Below are positions 1 to 13,499 of a DNA stretch of 64,000 bases, one piece after another (position 1 is the first letter of the stretch; every line of letters starts with the position of its first letter). Location: assembly GCF_009914755.1 (NCBI RefSeq), contig NC_060925.1; one strand, written 5' to 3'. The notes beneath the pieces are model-generated. The model was not told the origin of the DNA and searched no databases. It saw only the letters and a list, made by a program, of their open reading frames with translations. This DNA comes from the human T2T-CHM13v2.0 reference genome, Homo sapiens. Position numbers and translations under genes: made by a program.

Positions 1-193
1 GCTTTTTGAGTCTAATAAATTTTTGACTATCCTCAAATGGCAGGAATTTGGATGTAGGTTCTTTTCTAAAAGTTCTACAATTTCAACTTTAAAATTTACT
101 TCCTTGAACTTTTTAACGTGAGTTGAGATGCTTTGTATGAAGCCAGAGGCTTTGTTTCAGAGAATCTTTTCAGGCAGTCTTATAACTCCATTA

Positions 194-562
<369 letters not shown>

Positions 563-1102
563 TTACTGCATTGTGATGCTCTGCCAGACAAACTTTCCTC
601 ATCTATAAAACTCGGTTCATTTCATAGATGAGAAAGCTGAGATTCATGGAGTTTAACTACCTGCTATAGATTATACAAGCACAATCAGTCCAGAATTTAA
701 GTTCCTGTCTCATGGATATACTTTGAACTTTCTCATCTTGATGGTATGACTTCTTACGCTTGAAATATATTACCCTTTTTTTCTATGAAAATTATTATTT
801 CTCTAAAGTCAAAATGCATTAACCATATTAAATATGGGCTCTTTCTTCTCAAGCGCCTGTCAGATTGTGAAGGGAACAATCCAATGCTCCTTTTTTCTTT
901 CCTTAGGGGCAGAGGTTTTTGGCACCGTTTGTATCTCCAGTGTCCTGATTCACTTCTGTGAAGAGCAAAGGCAACTGATGGATCAATGCTTGGAGCAAAA
1001 TGCAGAGAATCACTTCTTTGGAAGTGATTAGCATCTGACATTCTAAAAATGGATGAGCAGAGGGATTAGCCTTTATGCAACTGGGACCCTGAAAAGCAAG
1101 TA

Positions 1103-1181
1103 TTAGGTTGGTGCAAAAGTAATTGTAGTTTTACCATTAATTTCAATGGCAAAACTGCAGATGCTTTTGCACCAACCTATA
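1103..1181. mobile_element. MADE1 (Hsmar1 mariner-derived MITE)
   Basis: ~80-bp palindrome ttaggttggtgcaaaagtaattg...cttttgcaccaacct with TA flanks. Confidence 0.92.
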
Positions 1182-1454
1182 TATACATGAGCATACATAG
1201 ACATTGAGGAATGTATATCACTACACAAAGCCACCAACAGCCATGTTTGTTGGAGGAAGGATCGCCAAGGATCTTTTCTGTGTCCTCTTGGGAGATACAG
1301 GAGTGGTAGAAACAGGCCCCTACATGGTGAACACACTTAACCGGTGGCATTCTGACCCTCTCACTGCCCTACCATGGCTTTCAGGCTAATTTATTGATTC
1401 TCAGTGCCTCAATTTTCTATTTTAGTGACAGAAACAGTATTGTTTATGTGCTAA

Positions 1455-1650
1455 ACTGACTCCCTATTTACTAGCCCCGTGATTTTGAACAATTTGCTTT
1501 ATTTTTCTGTGTCTCATTTTCTCATCTGTAAAATGTAGCTGCCATGACACTGATCCAACATGGTTATGATAAGGATTTAATGAACTAAGATGGGTAAAGC
1601 TCATGAATGCTGCCTGGTATATAGCAAGGGCTCAATAAATATCTTCAGTT
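1455..1650 (+). mobile_element. MIR SINE
   Basis: MIR core ttctcatctgtaaaatg and 3' end gctcaataaat. Confidence 0.75.
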
Positions 1651-1662
1651 ATAGGACAATTG

Positions 1663-1720
1663 TACATACATACATACATATATATATACACATATATAGA
1701 TATGTGTGTGTGTGTACCTA
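1663..1720. repeat. (TACA)n/(TA)n/(TG)n compound microsatellite
   Basis: Direct reading. Confidence 0.85.
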
Positions 1721-2544
1721 TATATTTTTCTCAAATGTGACAGAACTGCTTGGTTGTCCTTTTCCATGTAACAAACATAGTAATATAAATAAAGTAATAG
1801 TTGGGAAAAAACAATCTTACAATAGTCCCATAAAGTACTGAGCCACAGAGAAGTTAAATATAATGCCCATGTTTATAGAATTCGGAATGATTGCACAGAT
1901 TACACAATACTTCTTTATTTTCCTGTCCAGATCTGATAGCTTTAGGTGAAGTGGGGAGAATGAGTCATAACTGGCAGGTATCGGAGGGGGGCTAATATCT
2001 CTGGCTGCTTTGCCTTAAACACATGATTTATTCCACCCAGCAGTGGCTGAGCTGAGCCTTGAAAACAAGTTTGCCTGGTTATATCCATGCTCACTCTGCT
2101 GCTCAGCCTTCTTAGTGCCACATACGGTCAGGAACCCTCCCTCAACAGTGAGATGTTTGTGGGTTTGCTGGTTGACACTGGAAAGGAGAGTGTGGTGACA
2201 AAATGAGCTAAGGTGAGAGCAGGGTGTTTCAAAAGCAAATACTGCCTTCTTTACAAGCTTGCCAACTCTCAGAGGAAAGACTGTGATTCTGTCTTTGTGG
2301 ACCATGGAAGTTCCCTGCACCTTTGTCTATTACAGGACTGTCTTGTCTTACTTATCTGAATGCCCCTAGTGCCCAGCCCAGAGCCTGGTGAATGGTCAGT
2401 GTTCCATAACTGTTGAATGGCACTAGATACCAACCATCTTAGCCCTGGAAAGAGCTTGAGTGATCTAAGTTGGAGGGAAGCTCAGAAATAATAACACCTG
2501 AACTCCTGCTGGATACAGGAATCTCCTCGCATTATAAATCAAAG

Positions 2545-2687
2545 AGTGTAGTGGTTTAGAGCATAGGATCTGGAAACAGACTTTCCTGGGTTTAAGTCTC
2601 AGCTCCATCATCCCAAATCCTGTAAATATGGGCAGTTTATTTAACTTCTCTGTGCCTCAATACTTTATAGGGATATTGTAAGATTTT
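2545..2687 (+). mobile_element. MIR, 5' part (split by the YPEL5 retrocopy; continues 3903-3985)
   Basis: ttaacttctctgtgcctca... continues after 3903 into atgcctggtacataggaagtgctcaataaatg. Confidence 0.75.
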
Positions 2688-3902
2688 TTTCCCAACTATT
2701 ATTTTATTTATATTACTATGCTTGTTACAAAGAAAAAGACAACAAAGCAGTTCTTCCCCATTTCACAAAAAGTTTCCAATCAACACCAATTACATGGTGA
2801 TAAATAACTGGAATGGTGACACCTTTGGGTCAAGACTGGCAAGGAAAATGCTATGGTTCATCTCCAACAAGAATATGGCACATTGGCCGGCACAGGTAAT
2901 GCCAAAACTGAGTCCTTAGTGCTCGGCCCAGATTTGGATCTCTTCTCTGAAGGTAGCAAATCAGGTAAAATAATTGGGTTTTTAAAAAATAAGTTTAAAA
3001 TGAAGCTCAAGTTAAAAACCCATGCTCTTGACATATTTCCTTTCAAATTTTATATAAAACACACTTTTCCACTCTAATAGCCCAGATTTTTTCTTTACAC
3101 AGCCCATCACATGGTTGCAGACAGACTCTTCTGCCTTAAGATGTAAACATAGGGAAAAATTGATGACATCTGCATAATACTCTTTCCACACTCTGCTATT
3201 ACATGGAAAATACAAAACTTTTTTTAAAAAAAGAAAGAAAGGTTCCATCTTAGATTCTCACAACCTCTTGTTCCACAGTTTATGAACCTGACTCTGATAC
3301 TAAGTTGGCAGTGTGTGTAAGCAGATTTTTGTTTTCAGTGAAGGAAACCTGGAAAAAGATGGATTGAGCTCATTTTCTTCCAAGAGTTATTGAATGGTAC
3401 ATGCTCCTCAAAGCCCTCATTCTCTCTAACTAGAGCACATTTCAGAATCACACAGCCTTCCTTATAATGCTGGCTGTCTTCAGTGGCAAACTCACAGATC
3501 CATCCCAGTTGGCTGTTGCGGTTTTTGTAGCTCACACCTTGAACCATGTGGCAGCCAGTGAGCATGATCCGATCTTGAACTTCACCATACTGTAGGTTAA
3601 CTACTTTGTGACAAAGAAACGCCCTGCTAGTGGTGCCTGTGCACCTAGTAGAGATGAGCTGAGTTCTGAGCCATTGGTCAGGATTATATCACAGTTTGCA
3701 CGAGAAAACAAATGGGTACTGCCAATATAATCAAGGAAAATTCTGCCCATTTTTGGAGCTGAAATTTTAAAAACCTGCATAGGTGAGTAGAATAAAGGGG
3801 TTGCAAGAACACACCAACCCTCCCTACAGCAAGTGAAAGGTAGGACGCAACCCACAGTGGACATAACTGGGCTGGCCTGGGCTTCCCTTGATGCTGGGTT
3901 GT
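2688..3902 (-). pseudogene. YPEL5: Processed pseudogene of yippee-like 5; CDS remnant 3750->3380
   Basis: Translates to [30 protein letters not shown] / frameshift / ...[74 protein letters not shown], matching YPEL5 as I recall it. Intronless. A 5-nt duplication (CTCAG) near 3660 frameshifts it; 3 of 4 Zn-binding Cys are lost; the stop reads TGG. AATAAA at 2708-2703, short A tail, TSD gata(t/c)tgtaagatttt at 2672-2687 and 3903-3918, TT/AAAA endonuclease site. Confidence 0.95.
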
Positions 3903-5255
3903 GATACTGTAAGATTTTAATAAGATAATATATTTAGCTTATTTAAAACAATGCCTGGTACATAGGAAGTGCTCAATAAATGCTGACCTCCTCCTCTTCC
4001 TCTTTCTTCTTCCTCCTCTTTTTCTTCCTTTTCTTTTCTCCTCCTCATCACTCCCTTCCTCTTCTTCTTCATCTGGCTTCTCCTTGGAAATCCTCAATGA
4101 CAGAGATACACTGAGGCAAACCTACCTTCTCTTTATTTCCATTCATTGATGTCCAACCTGTCTTCCCATGAAGGCTTTCAGACAGCCAAAGATAGCTATT
4201 AGTACGTCCAGAACCTTCTGTAAAGTCACACATCTACACTTCTCTCTAATCATGTTTTCTCATTCCATGTGATATCCAGATTTTTTTCCATTTGTTTAAA
4301 GCCTTTTCATTGCCTATGGGTGATGCCTTAGTTGCACACGATCCTAATGCAGTTAGTTCAGGAAGAAGGAAGTGTGGGCTTTTTTCTTCTCCAACATAGG
4401 CATGATTCCAACTCAAACATAGTTTCTTGGATCTCTTTGAAGAGGTAGAGGTTATGAACACGGTATCTACCTAGCTGTTATCACTCATTATACCCACCCC
4501 AGACACACATGCACATTCACCCTGCATCTCTGCTCTTTTACTAGGGTTGAGGTATGAGCTTCTGTATGACATAACTCCTCCTTCCCCCATGATGGCTGCT
4601 GTGACACTCTGAGAGGGGACCAAATGGGTGCTGGCCATTCTGCGTTTCTTTTAGTGCCACAAAAAACTTCTTCAATACTTGAAGCAGAGTAACAGCTGTG
4701 AACTAGCAGAGTGATCCAGAAATCCCCCAAATCCTACATAGCAGCCAGTGATCCCAGGGAGACCTGGCTTGACTTAGCAGGAGGGCTCCACGGCAGAGAG
4801 TGAGTGATGCCCATTCTGAACCTGCAGTTTTAAGTCTCTGTTCCCCTGGTGCTTGGGTACTTGATGTTTACAGCTTCTCTCCTGAGCTGCGCCATTCCTC
4901 CTGTCTTGCCTCCCTGTTGTGCTCCACCCGTTGCTGATTCCTGCTTGTCTTGCCAACGTCAGCTCTCCCCAAACCTTAAAACACCTATGCTCAACAGTCT
5001 GCTTTTCTTTGTATATTTTAGGCTCTAGTACCTGATTCCCCTTCAGGCATTAAGCTCCTTCAATAATAACTAACAATTCTGGAGCAAGAATTGTCAGTGA
5101 AAAAAAATTAACATTTACTGAGCATTTACTATTTGCTAGACTAAGTGATTTACATGCAACATATCATCTAAACCTCACAAAGACCCTCTCATATAAGGTA
5201 GCTCATGTTATTGGCTATTTGTTATATGTTAATATATGTTACATGTGCTTATATA

Positions 5256-5272
5256 TGTGTGTGTGTGTGTGG

Positions 5273-5328
<56 letters not shown>
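5256..5328. repeat. (TG)n(TA)~24 microsatellite
   Basis: Direct reading. Confidence 0.95.
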
Positions 5329-5331
<3 letters not shown>

Positions 5332-5332
5332 A

Positions 5333-5680
<348 letters not shown>

Positions 5681-5839
5681 ATGAGGCTTGAGAGGTTAGA
5701 TATCTTGTACGAGGTCAACCAGCTGGTAGTGGTAGAACTGAGGTGGGTACCCAGTATCTCTGAGTCCAAACTGTAATGCTTCTCCAAACAGGAATCCTCC
5801 AGTAATTAACAATAATTCCCTCCCATGGGGCATCTTGGG

Positions 5840-6350
5840 ATTCCAACAGGAAAGAAGAACCACTGTCAGTTATGAAGCAAGGGATTTATTATAAAATTTA
5901 GACCTTACATAATTATGGAAGAAGCAGAGAAAGTGAAGGTGCCACTGGAGAGTTGAAAGATCAGAGCAAGAGTAAGTAACAGTTATGCATGTCCTACTGC
6001 AGAAGTGAAACTGCAAAGGCAAGCTCATGGGAAGCCCATGAGAAACTGCCTCCACTGCCAATATATGGCGATAGGCCTGGACTCTCAGACCACTGTTGAT
6101 CAGTGGGGTCAGGTAGGAAGATAGGTAGAATGTAGAGGAGATGACAGCAAGGACAAACTGGAACCTGCCAGCACCTCTGCATCTGTCGTCATGTCTAATC
6201 ACAATGACTTTCAGAGGTAATCATGCTGCTTCACTTTAATCTTTCAAATCTCATGCACATTTCTTTTTTGACAACTCCAATCAAGAACCATATCGGTGGG
6301 GGGAACTCTGGGAAATATACTTCCAGGTTAATCAAGTTGACATATGCAAA
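5840..6350. mobile_element. Old ERVL/MaLR-type LTR fragment
   Basis: aagggatttattata... and ggaactctgggaaat... motifs typical of old LTRs. Confidence 0.45.
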
Positions 6351-6356
6351 CCATCC

Positions 6357-6715
6357 TGCCTTAGTCTGTGTTGTGCTTTCATAAAAGAATACCTGAGACT
6401 GAGTAATGTATAAAGATTAGAAATGTATTGGCTTATGGTTCTGGAAGCTGGGAAGTCCCAGATGGAAAGGCTGGCATTTGGCAAGGGTCTTCTTGCTAAG
6501 TCATCTCATAGTGGAAGGCACAGGGGGCTGGGGACCAGGGACCAAACTCACCCTTTTAGAATGAACTCAATCCTGTAGGTTTGTATTAATCAATTCATGA
6601 GGGTGGAGCCCTCATGGCCTAATCACCTCTCACTAGACCTCACCTCTCAACACAGTTGCAATGGAGATTAAGTTACCAGCACATGGTTTTTTGGCAGGCA
6701 CATTTAAACCTTAAA
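6357..6715 (-). mobile_element. MaLR solo LTR (MST/MLT1A-like)
   Basis: aatacctgagactg...ttctggaagctgggaagtcc...ctcatggcctaatcacctc. Confidence 0.85.
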
Positions 6716-7310
6716 TGTGCAAACTTCTTCCCATGTATTATCCTCAAAAGCAGCAGGGCATGTAATCTACTGGAGATTCCATGCATTATCTATGATTCTT
6801 AGGGTACAATAATGCTTACAAAATCTAAGTATTAATTGGTTCACTTGTAATTCAATAACTTAGTATGTGGCTGTTATTCATTTACTTTCTTTTTCCTATT
6901 TCAGAAGATCAGAGGAGGGCTTACCATTTTAGTGCTGACCATTAGTTTAAATAAAAAAGAAGTTAATTTTAAAAAATTCATTACAGACAGACAAGATGAT
7001 AAATTTTTCCAGCATCAATGCATAGATAACAATTAATGCTTGACATAGATTCTATTTAAAACAAAATAATGTTTTAAAAAATTCTTCAGTAGTGGTATGC
7101 TAAGGATTCCAGCAAAGCCAAACAGCCTTCAGGCATAGGATGAATCATCTAATTTGTTTGTCAAGGCTCATTCAGCTGGAAAGGGCTGTACTTTCATGCA
7201 GGGAGAATTTCTAATGGCAGCTTTCTGGTAGCAGGCATCACACCACCGGAATGATATTAGCAGCTCACCACCAAAACCAGTGGGCAAACTCCTTTACAGC
7301 TGATTTATGG

Positions 7311-7703
7311 GTATATTAGTCAGCTCTGGCTGTCATAACAAAATATCACACACTGGATGGCTTCATAGAAATGTTTTCCCCTTAGTTCCGGAAGCTGAAA
7401 GTACAAGACTGGGGTCCCAGCATGATCAGGTTCTGACGAGGTCTCTCTTTCTTGCTTGCATATGGCTGCCTTCTTGCTGTGTCCTCCCATGATGGAAAGA
7501 GAGAGGTTGGGGTGGGGAGGAGAGAGTGCATGAGCTCTGGTATCTCTTCCTTTTCTTACCAGTGCACTAATCCCAACCCATCATGAAGACCTACCCTCGT
7601 GACCTCATCTAAACTTAATTATCTCCCATACCATCACAATGAGCACTGGAGTTAGAGCTCCTACATCTGAATTTGGTGGTGGGACACAATTCAGTCCATA
7701 GCA
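7311..7703 (-). mobile_element. MaLR solo LTR (MLT1A/B-like)
   Basis: ggctgtcataacaaaata...gacctcatctaaacttaatta...ttcagtccatagca. Confidence 0.85.
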
Positions 7704-8113
7704 ACAGGCATTTCAGACGGACCTGGAACCTTGAAGTTCTCAGGTTTCCTGCCAGCCTGACTGGACCCACAGTCTTTACACTGAACCCATTCTCTTCTGC
7801 CTTGGCTCAACATTCATCTCTTATTGGTTTTAATGTCACCAGGCTAAGAAATTCTCCTTCAGCCAAGAGTCTGATTTTTTTTTTTCAACATGAAAATCCC
7901 CATGGATATTTAGAGGGAAAAAAAGCAGCCTTCCATGAGTGTATGGCATAAGGCAGAAGGAGGCAGGTGCCCTGAGATGAGCAGATCTGTCCTCCACCTA
8001 GGAACACCATTCAATCACTCATTATACAATTATTTTGAGCATCTTCTCTGTACTAAGCACTGTGCTAGATGATGTGGGTACTATGGAGAATAACATAGAT
8101 GACTCATATCTTG

Positions 8114-8487
8114 ATGCAATGGACTGAATGTTCATGTCCCCCAAAATTCATATGTTGAAATCCTAATCCCCAATATTATGGTATTAGGAGGAGGGGTCTT
8201 TGGGAAGTGACTAGGTCATGAGAGTAGAGCCCTCATGAATGGGATTAGTACCTTATAAAAGACACCCCAGAGACTCTCTTACTCTCCTTCCAACAGGAGA
8301 GGATACAGTGAAAAGATGGAAAGTGTGCAACCTGGAAGAGAACCCTTGCCAGAACCTGACCATGACCACTCCAGCACCCTGATCTCAGACTTTTCAGCCT
8401 TCACAACTGTGGGAAATAAGTTTCTGCTGTTTATAAGCCACCTAGTCTATGGTACATTTGTTAGAGCTGTGCAAACTGACTAAGACA
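8114..8487 (+). mobile_element. MaLR solo LTR (MLT1A/MST-like)
   Basis: ggactgaatgttcatgtcccccaaaattcatatgttgaaatcc...gactaagaca. Confidence 0.88.
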
Positions 8488-8778
8488 CTGCACAATGCCA
8501 ATTTCAGATACTCTGTCACATTTTCCAGGCTAATAAATTCTTGTCTGTTACAATTTTGTCTGCCATTGTGACTTTGGAGAAGAGAGTGACATATTTATTT
8601 CTCTATATTTTCTCCTTTCACATTCTCTCATCCTCATCCTACTATAGGCCTCTGTGGCTTCATCTAAGTAAATTAGAGAGCAGGGACCTATGCTTTATCG
8701 CCAGTTCCCTAAAACTATTTTCTTGTCATTGGCTTTTGGAAAGGCAAGACTGAAAGCAGCAATGTCCTCCTGTGGTAA

Positions 8779-9205
<427 letters not shown>

Positions 9206-9407
9206 TAAAGAAACAAACAAACAAACAAACAAAAATAGAGATGGTGATGTGGATTCAGGTGGGACAGAGATCTGAAATCACCTCAGAACCAGCAATTGCT
9301 CTGATCAGAGTGACCCTACACTGACCCCTTTTCACTCAGACATTTCCAAACTCCAGCTTCTTGGAGGCAGTGGTTGGTGTAATTGGTTCTTTACTGGGAT
9401 TCTAGCA

Positions 9408-9630
9408 CAGGGGTATTCAATCTTTTGGCTTCCCTAGACCACATTGGAAGAAGAAGAATTGTCTTGGGCCACACACAAAATATACCAACACTAATGATAG
9501 CTGATAAGCTAAAAAAAATTTGCAAAAACATCTCATAATGTTTTAAGAAAGTTTATGAATTTGTGTCGGGCTGCATTCAAAGCCATCTTGGGTGACATGT
9601 GGCCCATGGGCCACAGATTGGACAAGCTTG
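9408..9630 (+). mobile_element. MER30 (hAT-Charlie MITE)
   Basis: caggggtattcaatcttttggcttccc...ttggacaagcttg, flanked by tctagca on both sides. Confidence 0.88.
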
Positions 9631-9799
9631 TCTAGCAGATGGTTCAGATGAATCTTTAATTAAACACGTTTTCCAACCTCAATTTGACCTTCAGTGTCCG
9701 TTTCAATAGTACTTGTCACACTTTAATGGACCTTATTGTTGAATTGCTAGATGATGACCTTCAGCAACCAGTTGAGTTTGGAAAACATGGGCCAATCCA

Positions 9800-10470
9800 C
9801 CATTGGTTCACCAACTGGGTCTCTCTCCTTTTTCCTAAGATAGCTACATCAAACCTTCTCTGTTCTTCTCAAAGGTTGATACCCTTTTACCATCTAAAAA
9901 TAGTCAGGTCATTCATCCAAGAATGATCAGATCACTCTGCCCTTAGAGCTCTTCTGCAGCTCCCCATTGACTTGGGATAGAGCTCTGCTCAGCACCTGCA
10001 CTCCCCTGGCCTCTAACAGCTTCAGCTCTGTATGCCTCTCTAGTCTTGCCTCTGTCACTTCCTAACAATGTGCTCTGTGCTTACTTCAGTCTTTGCAACT
10101 CATCAAGTTCTTGCCTCTAGGCTTTCATCCCAATGTGCTGCTGCTTTAATTTAGTATGATCCTCAACTTCCCCACACCCTAGCTGGCCTTCAGGTATCAT
10201 TTTTCTTGCACTTCATGCAGGAAGACTTCTCCCCCTTCTTTCAATAGGCTAATTATCCATGGTATGTGCTCCTATCACACACTGAACTTCCTTTTCAACA
10301 GCACTCGTCACACTTTACTGGATCTTATTGTTGAATTGCTAGATGATGAGCTCTACTAGTTGATGAGCTTCCAGTAGGCAGGGATTGCATTGTTCTCTGA
10401 TGCGTCCCTACTGCCGAATAGAGAGCTTTACACACAGGAGGCAATCACTACACAACCAACTCAGTGAATG
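9800..10470 (+). mobile_element. L2 LINE 3' fragment
   Basis: Degenerate L2 3' motifs (gatcactctgccctt, gagcttccagtaggcagggattg). Confidence 0.6.
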
Positions 10471-11019
10471 GACTAATCATGCAGGATCACAGAAAGTTTG
10501 AAAAATTGTGGCAAAAATCACTCATAATGCCATTATGAGTGATAATAGGACCATTTTCATTTTCACTTATTTCCTTCTCTTCCTCCTCCCACCAAATATT
10601 CATGTCTTTAAAGAGTTGCAGTCATTATGCACTTATAATGTGGTTTTTTGCTTCTAACTTCACATTTTTACTAAGTTACACATAATGAGACTTAAGCATT
10701 GGAGCTCATCTTTGTCCTACAAGCAGCACAGGTCTCTGTCAGAAGAAATGTAAATAAGAGGGAAAAGAATACATGTGATACATTATCGCATTTATTCTAG
10801 GTTGTGCTCTGACTTTTCCCAAACTCTGGACAAACAGGCATGGACTCTATGTAGGGTAACAACTTCTATGGCAGGCTTGGATTTGTACATGGTCTGTAAC
10901 AAGACAAAAATGTAAGGTACCTTCAAATAATTTGATTTTCTCCCTTCCTCCCATCCTCTCTTTCACTCATTTTAAAAAATGATAAAAAACTACTCAACTG
11001 CATAGATAGGTTCTTTCAG

Positions 11020-11250
11020 GTTAGGGAGGAACTATGGAGTTGAGCAGCCCTAGATTTTAAATACTGTCCCTTTGCCTGCTAACTTCGGGAAACTCACACC
11101 CTCTAAGCTTCAGTTTTCTTATTTGTATAATGAGGACAGTAGTAGTACCTGCCTCATAGTGGGGCTATGAAGTGTAAATGAAGTCATGCATATGAAGTGC
11201 TGAGCACAGTGCTTGGCACATAGTAAGTGCTCAATAAATGATAGTTATTT
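11020..11250 (+). mobile_element. MIR SINE
   Basis: cttcagttttcttatttgtataatgagg...cttggcacatagtaagtgctcaataaatg. Confidence 0.85.
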
Positions 11251-11751
11251 TAGTTTTTATCCATAAGCAGATGGATCTCCCCAACATTTCTCAGGAAACT
11301 AACCACTGTTAAGTGAATAGATCTCTGATGTTCTTACACTATAGAGAGGACACCATATAAAAACTGCTGAAGTGAAGAGCAGCTTGAACACAAATACCTG
11401 CAATCCAGATCATCTGTCCCTTCTCTGTCTATGCAGGCTCATATGTTAAACCACTGTCCAAGGCACATCTTCCTGGCTGGGGGACACTCTTGCTGCCCCT
11501 TAGTTTCACTCGCTCTGAGAAAAGGCTGCCTGTCTCCAAACTTATTCTTCAAATTGGATGAAAATCCTACAAGTTCTTTTCAGTGATGTGATAACAGTCT
11601 CACAGATTGAAACATTATTTATTTATATTATTGATGGAGTACTTTTCCTATTCAACTCTAAAATGCATGCACACACAACAGAGTTTCACTTTGGAATAGC
11701 TGTTGCTCTTTTGCTCCCTTCACATGGCTAGGTCAGTTCATAAAGGCAATC

Positions 11752-12051
11752 TTTTTTTTTTTTTTTTTTTTGAGACAGAGTCTCATCCTGTTGCCCAGGC
11801 TGGAGTGCAATGGCATGATCTTGGCTCACTGCAACCTCCGCCTCCTGGTTCAAGTGATTCTCCTGCCTCAGCCTCCCAAGTAGCTGGGATTACAGGCATG
11901 CACCACCACCCCTGGGTAATTTTTTGTGTCTTTAGTACAGACAGGGTTTCACCATGTTGGCCAGGCTGGTCTCGAACTTCTGACCTCATGATCTGCCTAC
12001 CTCGGCCTCCCAAAGTGCTGGGATTACAGGTGTGAGCCACTGCACCCGGCC
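11752..12051 (-). mobile_element. AluS (Sg/Sc-like)
   Basis: Full reverse dimer with T tail; gacctcatgatc deletion variant. Confidence 0.95.
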
Positions 12052-12406
12052 TAAAATAATTATATCTTAAGATAGAAAGAAACTGTATGATACAGCCTCT
12101 GTTTCAGTATGGGGGAGAAAAATCATGTTCCTTCTTTCTACTGTGTTTAATGTGTTCATTAAACACACATTTACAGAGAAATTCTTGGAAGTCAGGATGA
12201 AAGGATAAAGGAATGCAAAGCACAGCCTTAAGATCTCAGAGCCAAGTGAGAGAGCCATGCATTCACAGTAAACTATCTTCATGTGAAAAATGCTATGTTT
12301 GGAGCTGGTATATAGTAAAAAGAGAACTCAGTTAAGAATGCTATTATCTTATTTACCAAATTTAAAATGCTATTGATAAGAAGATGAACTCCAATTTTAG
12401 AAATGG

Positions 12407-12852
12407 TGTCTTAGGTCAAGTTTCCCAGAGATAGACCCTGAGACCAACATTCATGTGCAACTGATTAATTAGGAAGGGCTCCCAGCAGAACCCAATAAGG
12501 GAATAAGGAAAGCAGGCCAGGGAAGGGGAGGAAGCCAAGCAAAGTCCCAAGACAGCAGCTGCAGCCTGATTCCCCAGGGGGAACTCTGGGGTGGAAGTTG
12601 CATCTCAGAGTCTGTCCTGATTTGGGGCAAGGAACTGGACTTTCATACTTCTGCACTAGTCCTGGGCCAAGGATGCCCGGGGACATTATATTTTCAGCTC
12701 TCTGCTCTGGGCAGCCCTAGAGCAGTCTTTTGAAGAGAATAGCAAGGGCAGGCAGTTGGAAGCAGAAGCCCACATTTATATGAGGAAAGGTGCACAGAAA
12801 TCTACAAAGAATCCAAGAGGATCTGGGCAGAACACCAACAATGTTTGCTACA
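12407..12852 (-). mobile_element. ERVL solo LTR (LTR16 family)
   Basis: Reverse complement begins tgtagcaaacattgttggtgttctgcccagatcc; TG...CA termini. Confidence 0.75.
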
Positions 12853-13499
12853 GAAGATAGGATGTGAACAAATGTGCATCTTAAAAACAATGGAATAGCA
12901 ATGGAGGAAATGGGCATCAGTGTAGGCTTCACGGAGGAAGTCAGGTGGCCTTGAAAGGATCGGCAGAAGAAATGCTTCAGTCAGGGGGAATATGGTGAGC
13001 AAAGTGAGAGGATCAATGTGAAACCAATGAGAAGACAGAAGGGACAGCCCCATGAGTAGATTGCTATCATTGGCTGTGGCCAACTTCTGAGGCAGAGAAG
13101 CTGAAGCCACCTTAGAGGGACTTTCTGTTGGAAACGCTGATTGGTTGATTCTTACTCTGACCCAGGGTCATTTCTTGAGTCCTTTGTGGCCAGCTTCTAC
13201 TCCAAGGTGACATGCCACAACCAGGGCAGGATGATGGTGGCTGAAGCAGAGCCCCCAATTGTAGGCTCTGGTAGAGCTGGGAGGGCTAAGTTAGCCATGC
13301 AAAAAGTTTCAACTTTGTCCTATAAGGTCCAGGGAATCTTGGAAGGCTTCTAAACTAAGGAGTGATATAATCTGACCTGTGCTTAAAAAGGGTGACCCTG
13401 GCTAAGATGCCTGCACATTTTCTTTACTAGAATGGGTACTTTTCTTTTTAACCTTTACTGTGGGACTTCACTCCCAAAAGACATCTTTCTGTCCCTATC

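Noticed and set aside
3601-3864. 87-aa ORF containing the YPEL5 N-terminus
   Set aside because: Chance upstream ATG in the pseudogene 5'UTR; frameshifts after ~30 YPEL5 residues and lacks the Zn ligands
9750-9757. RTGATGA box C-like motif in the 57-bp duplicate
   Set aside because: No suitably placed box D or terminal stem seen; sequence appears L2-derived
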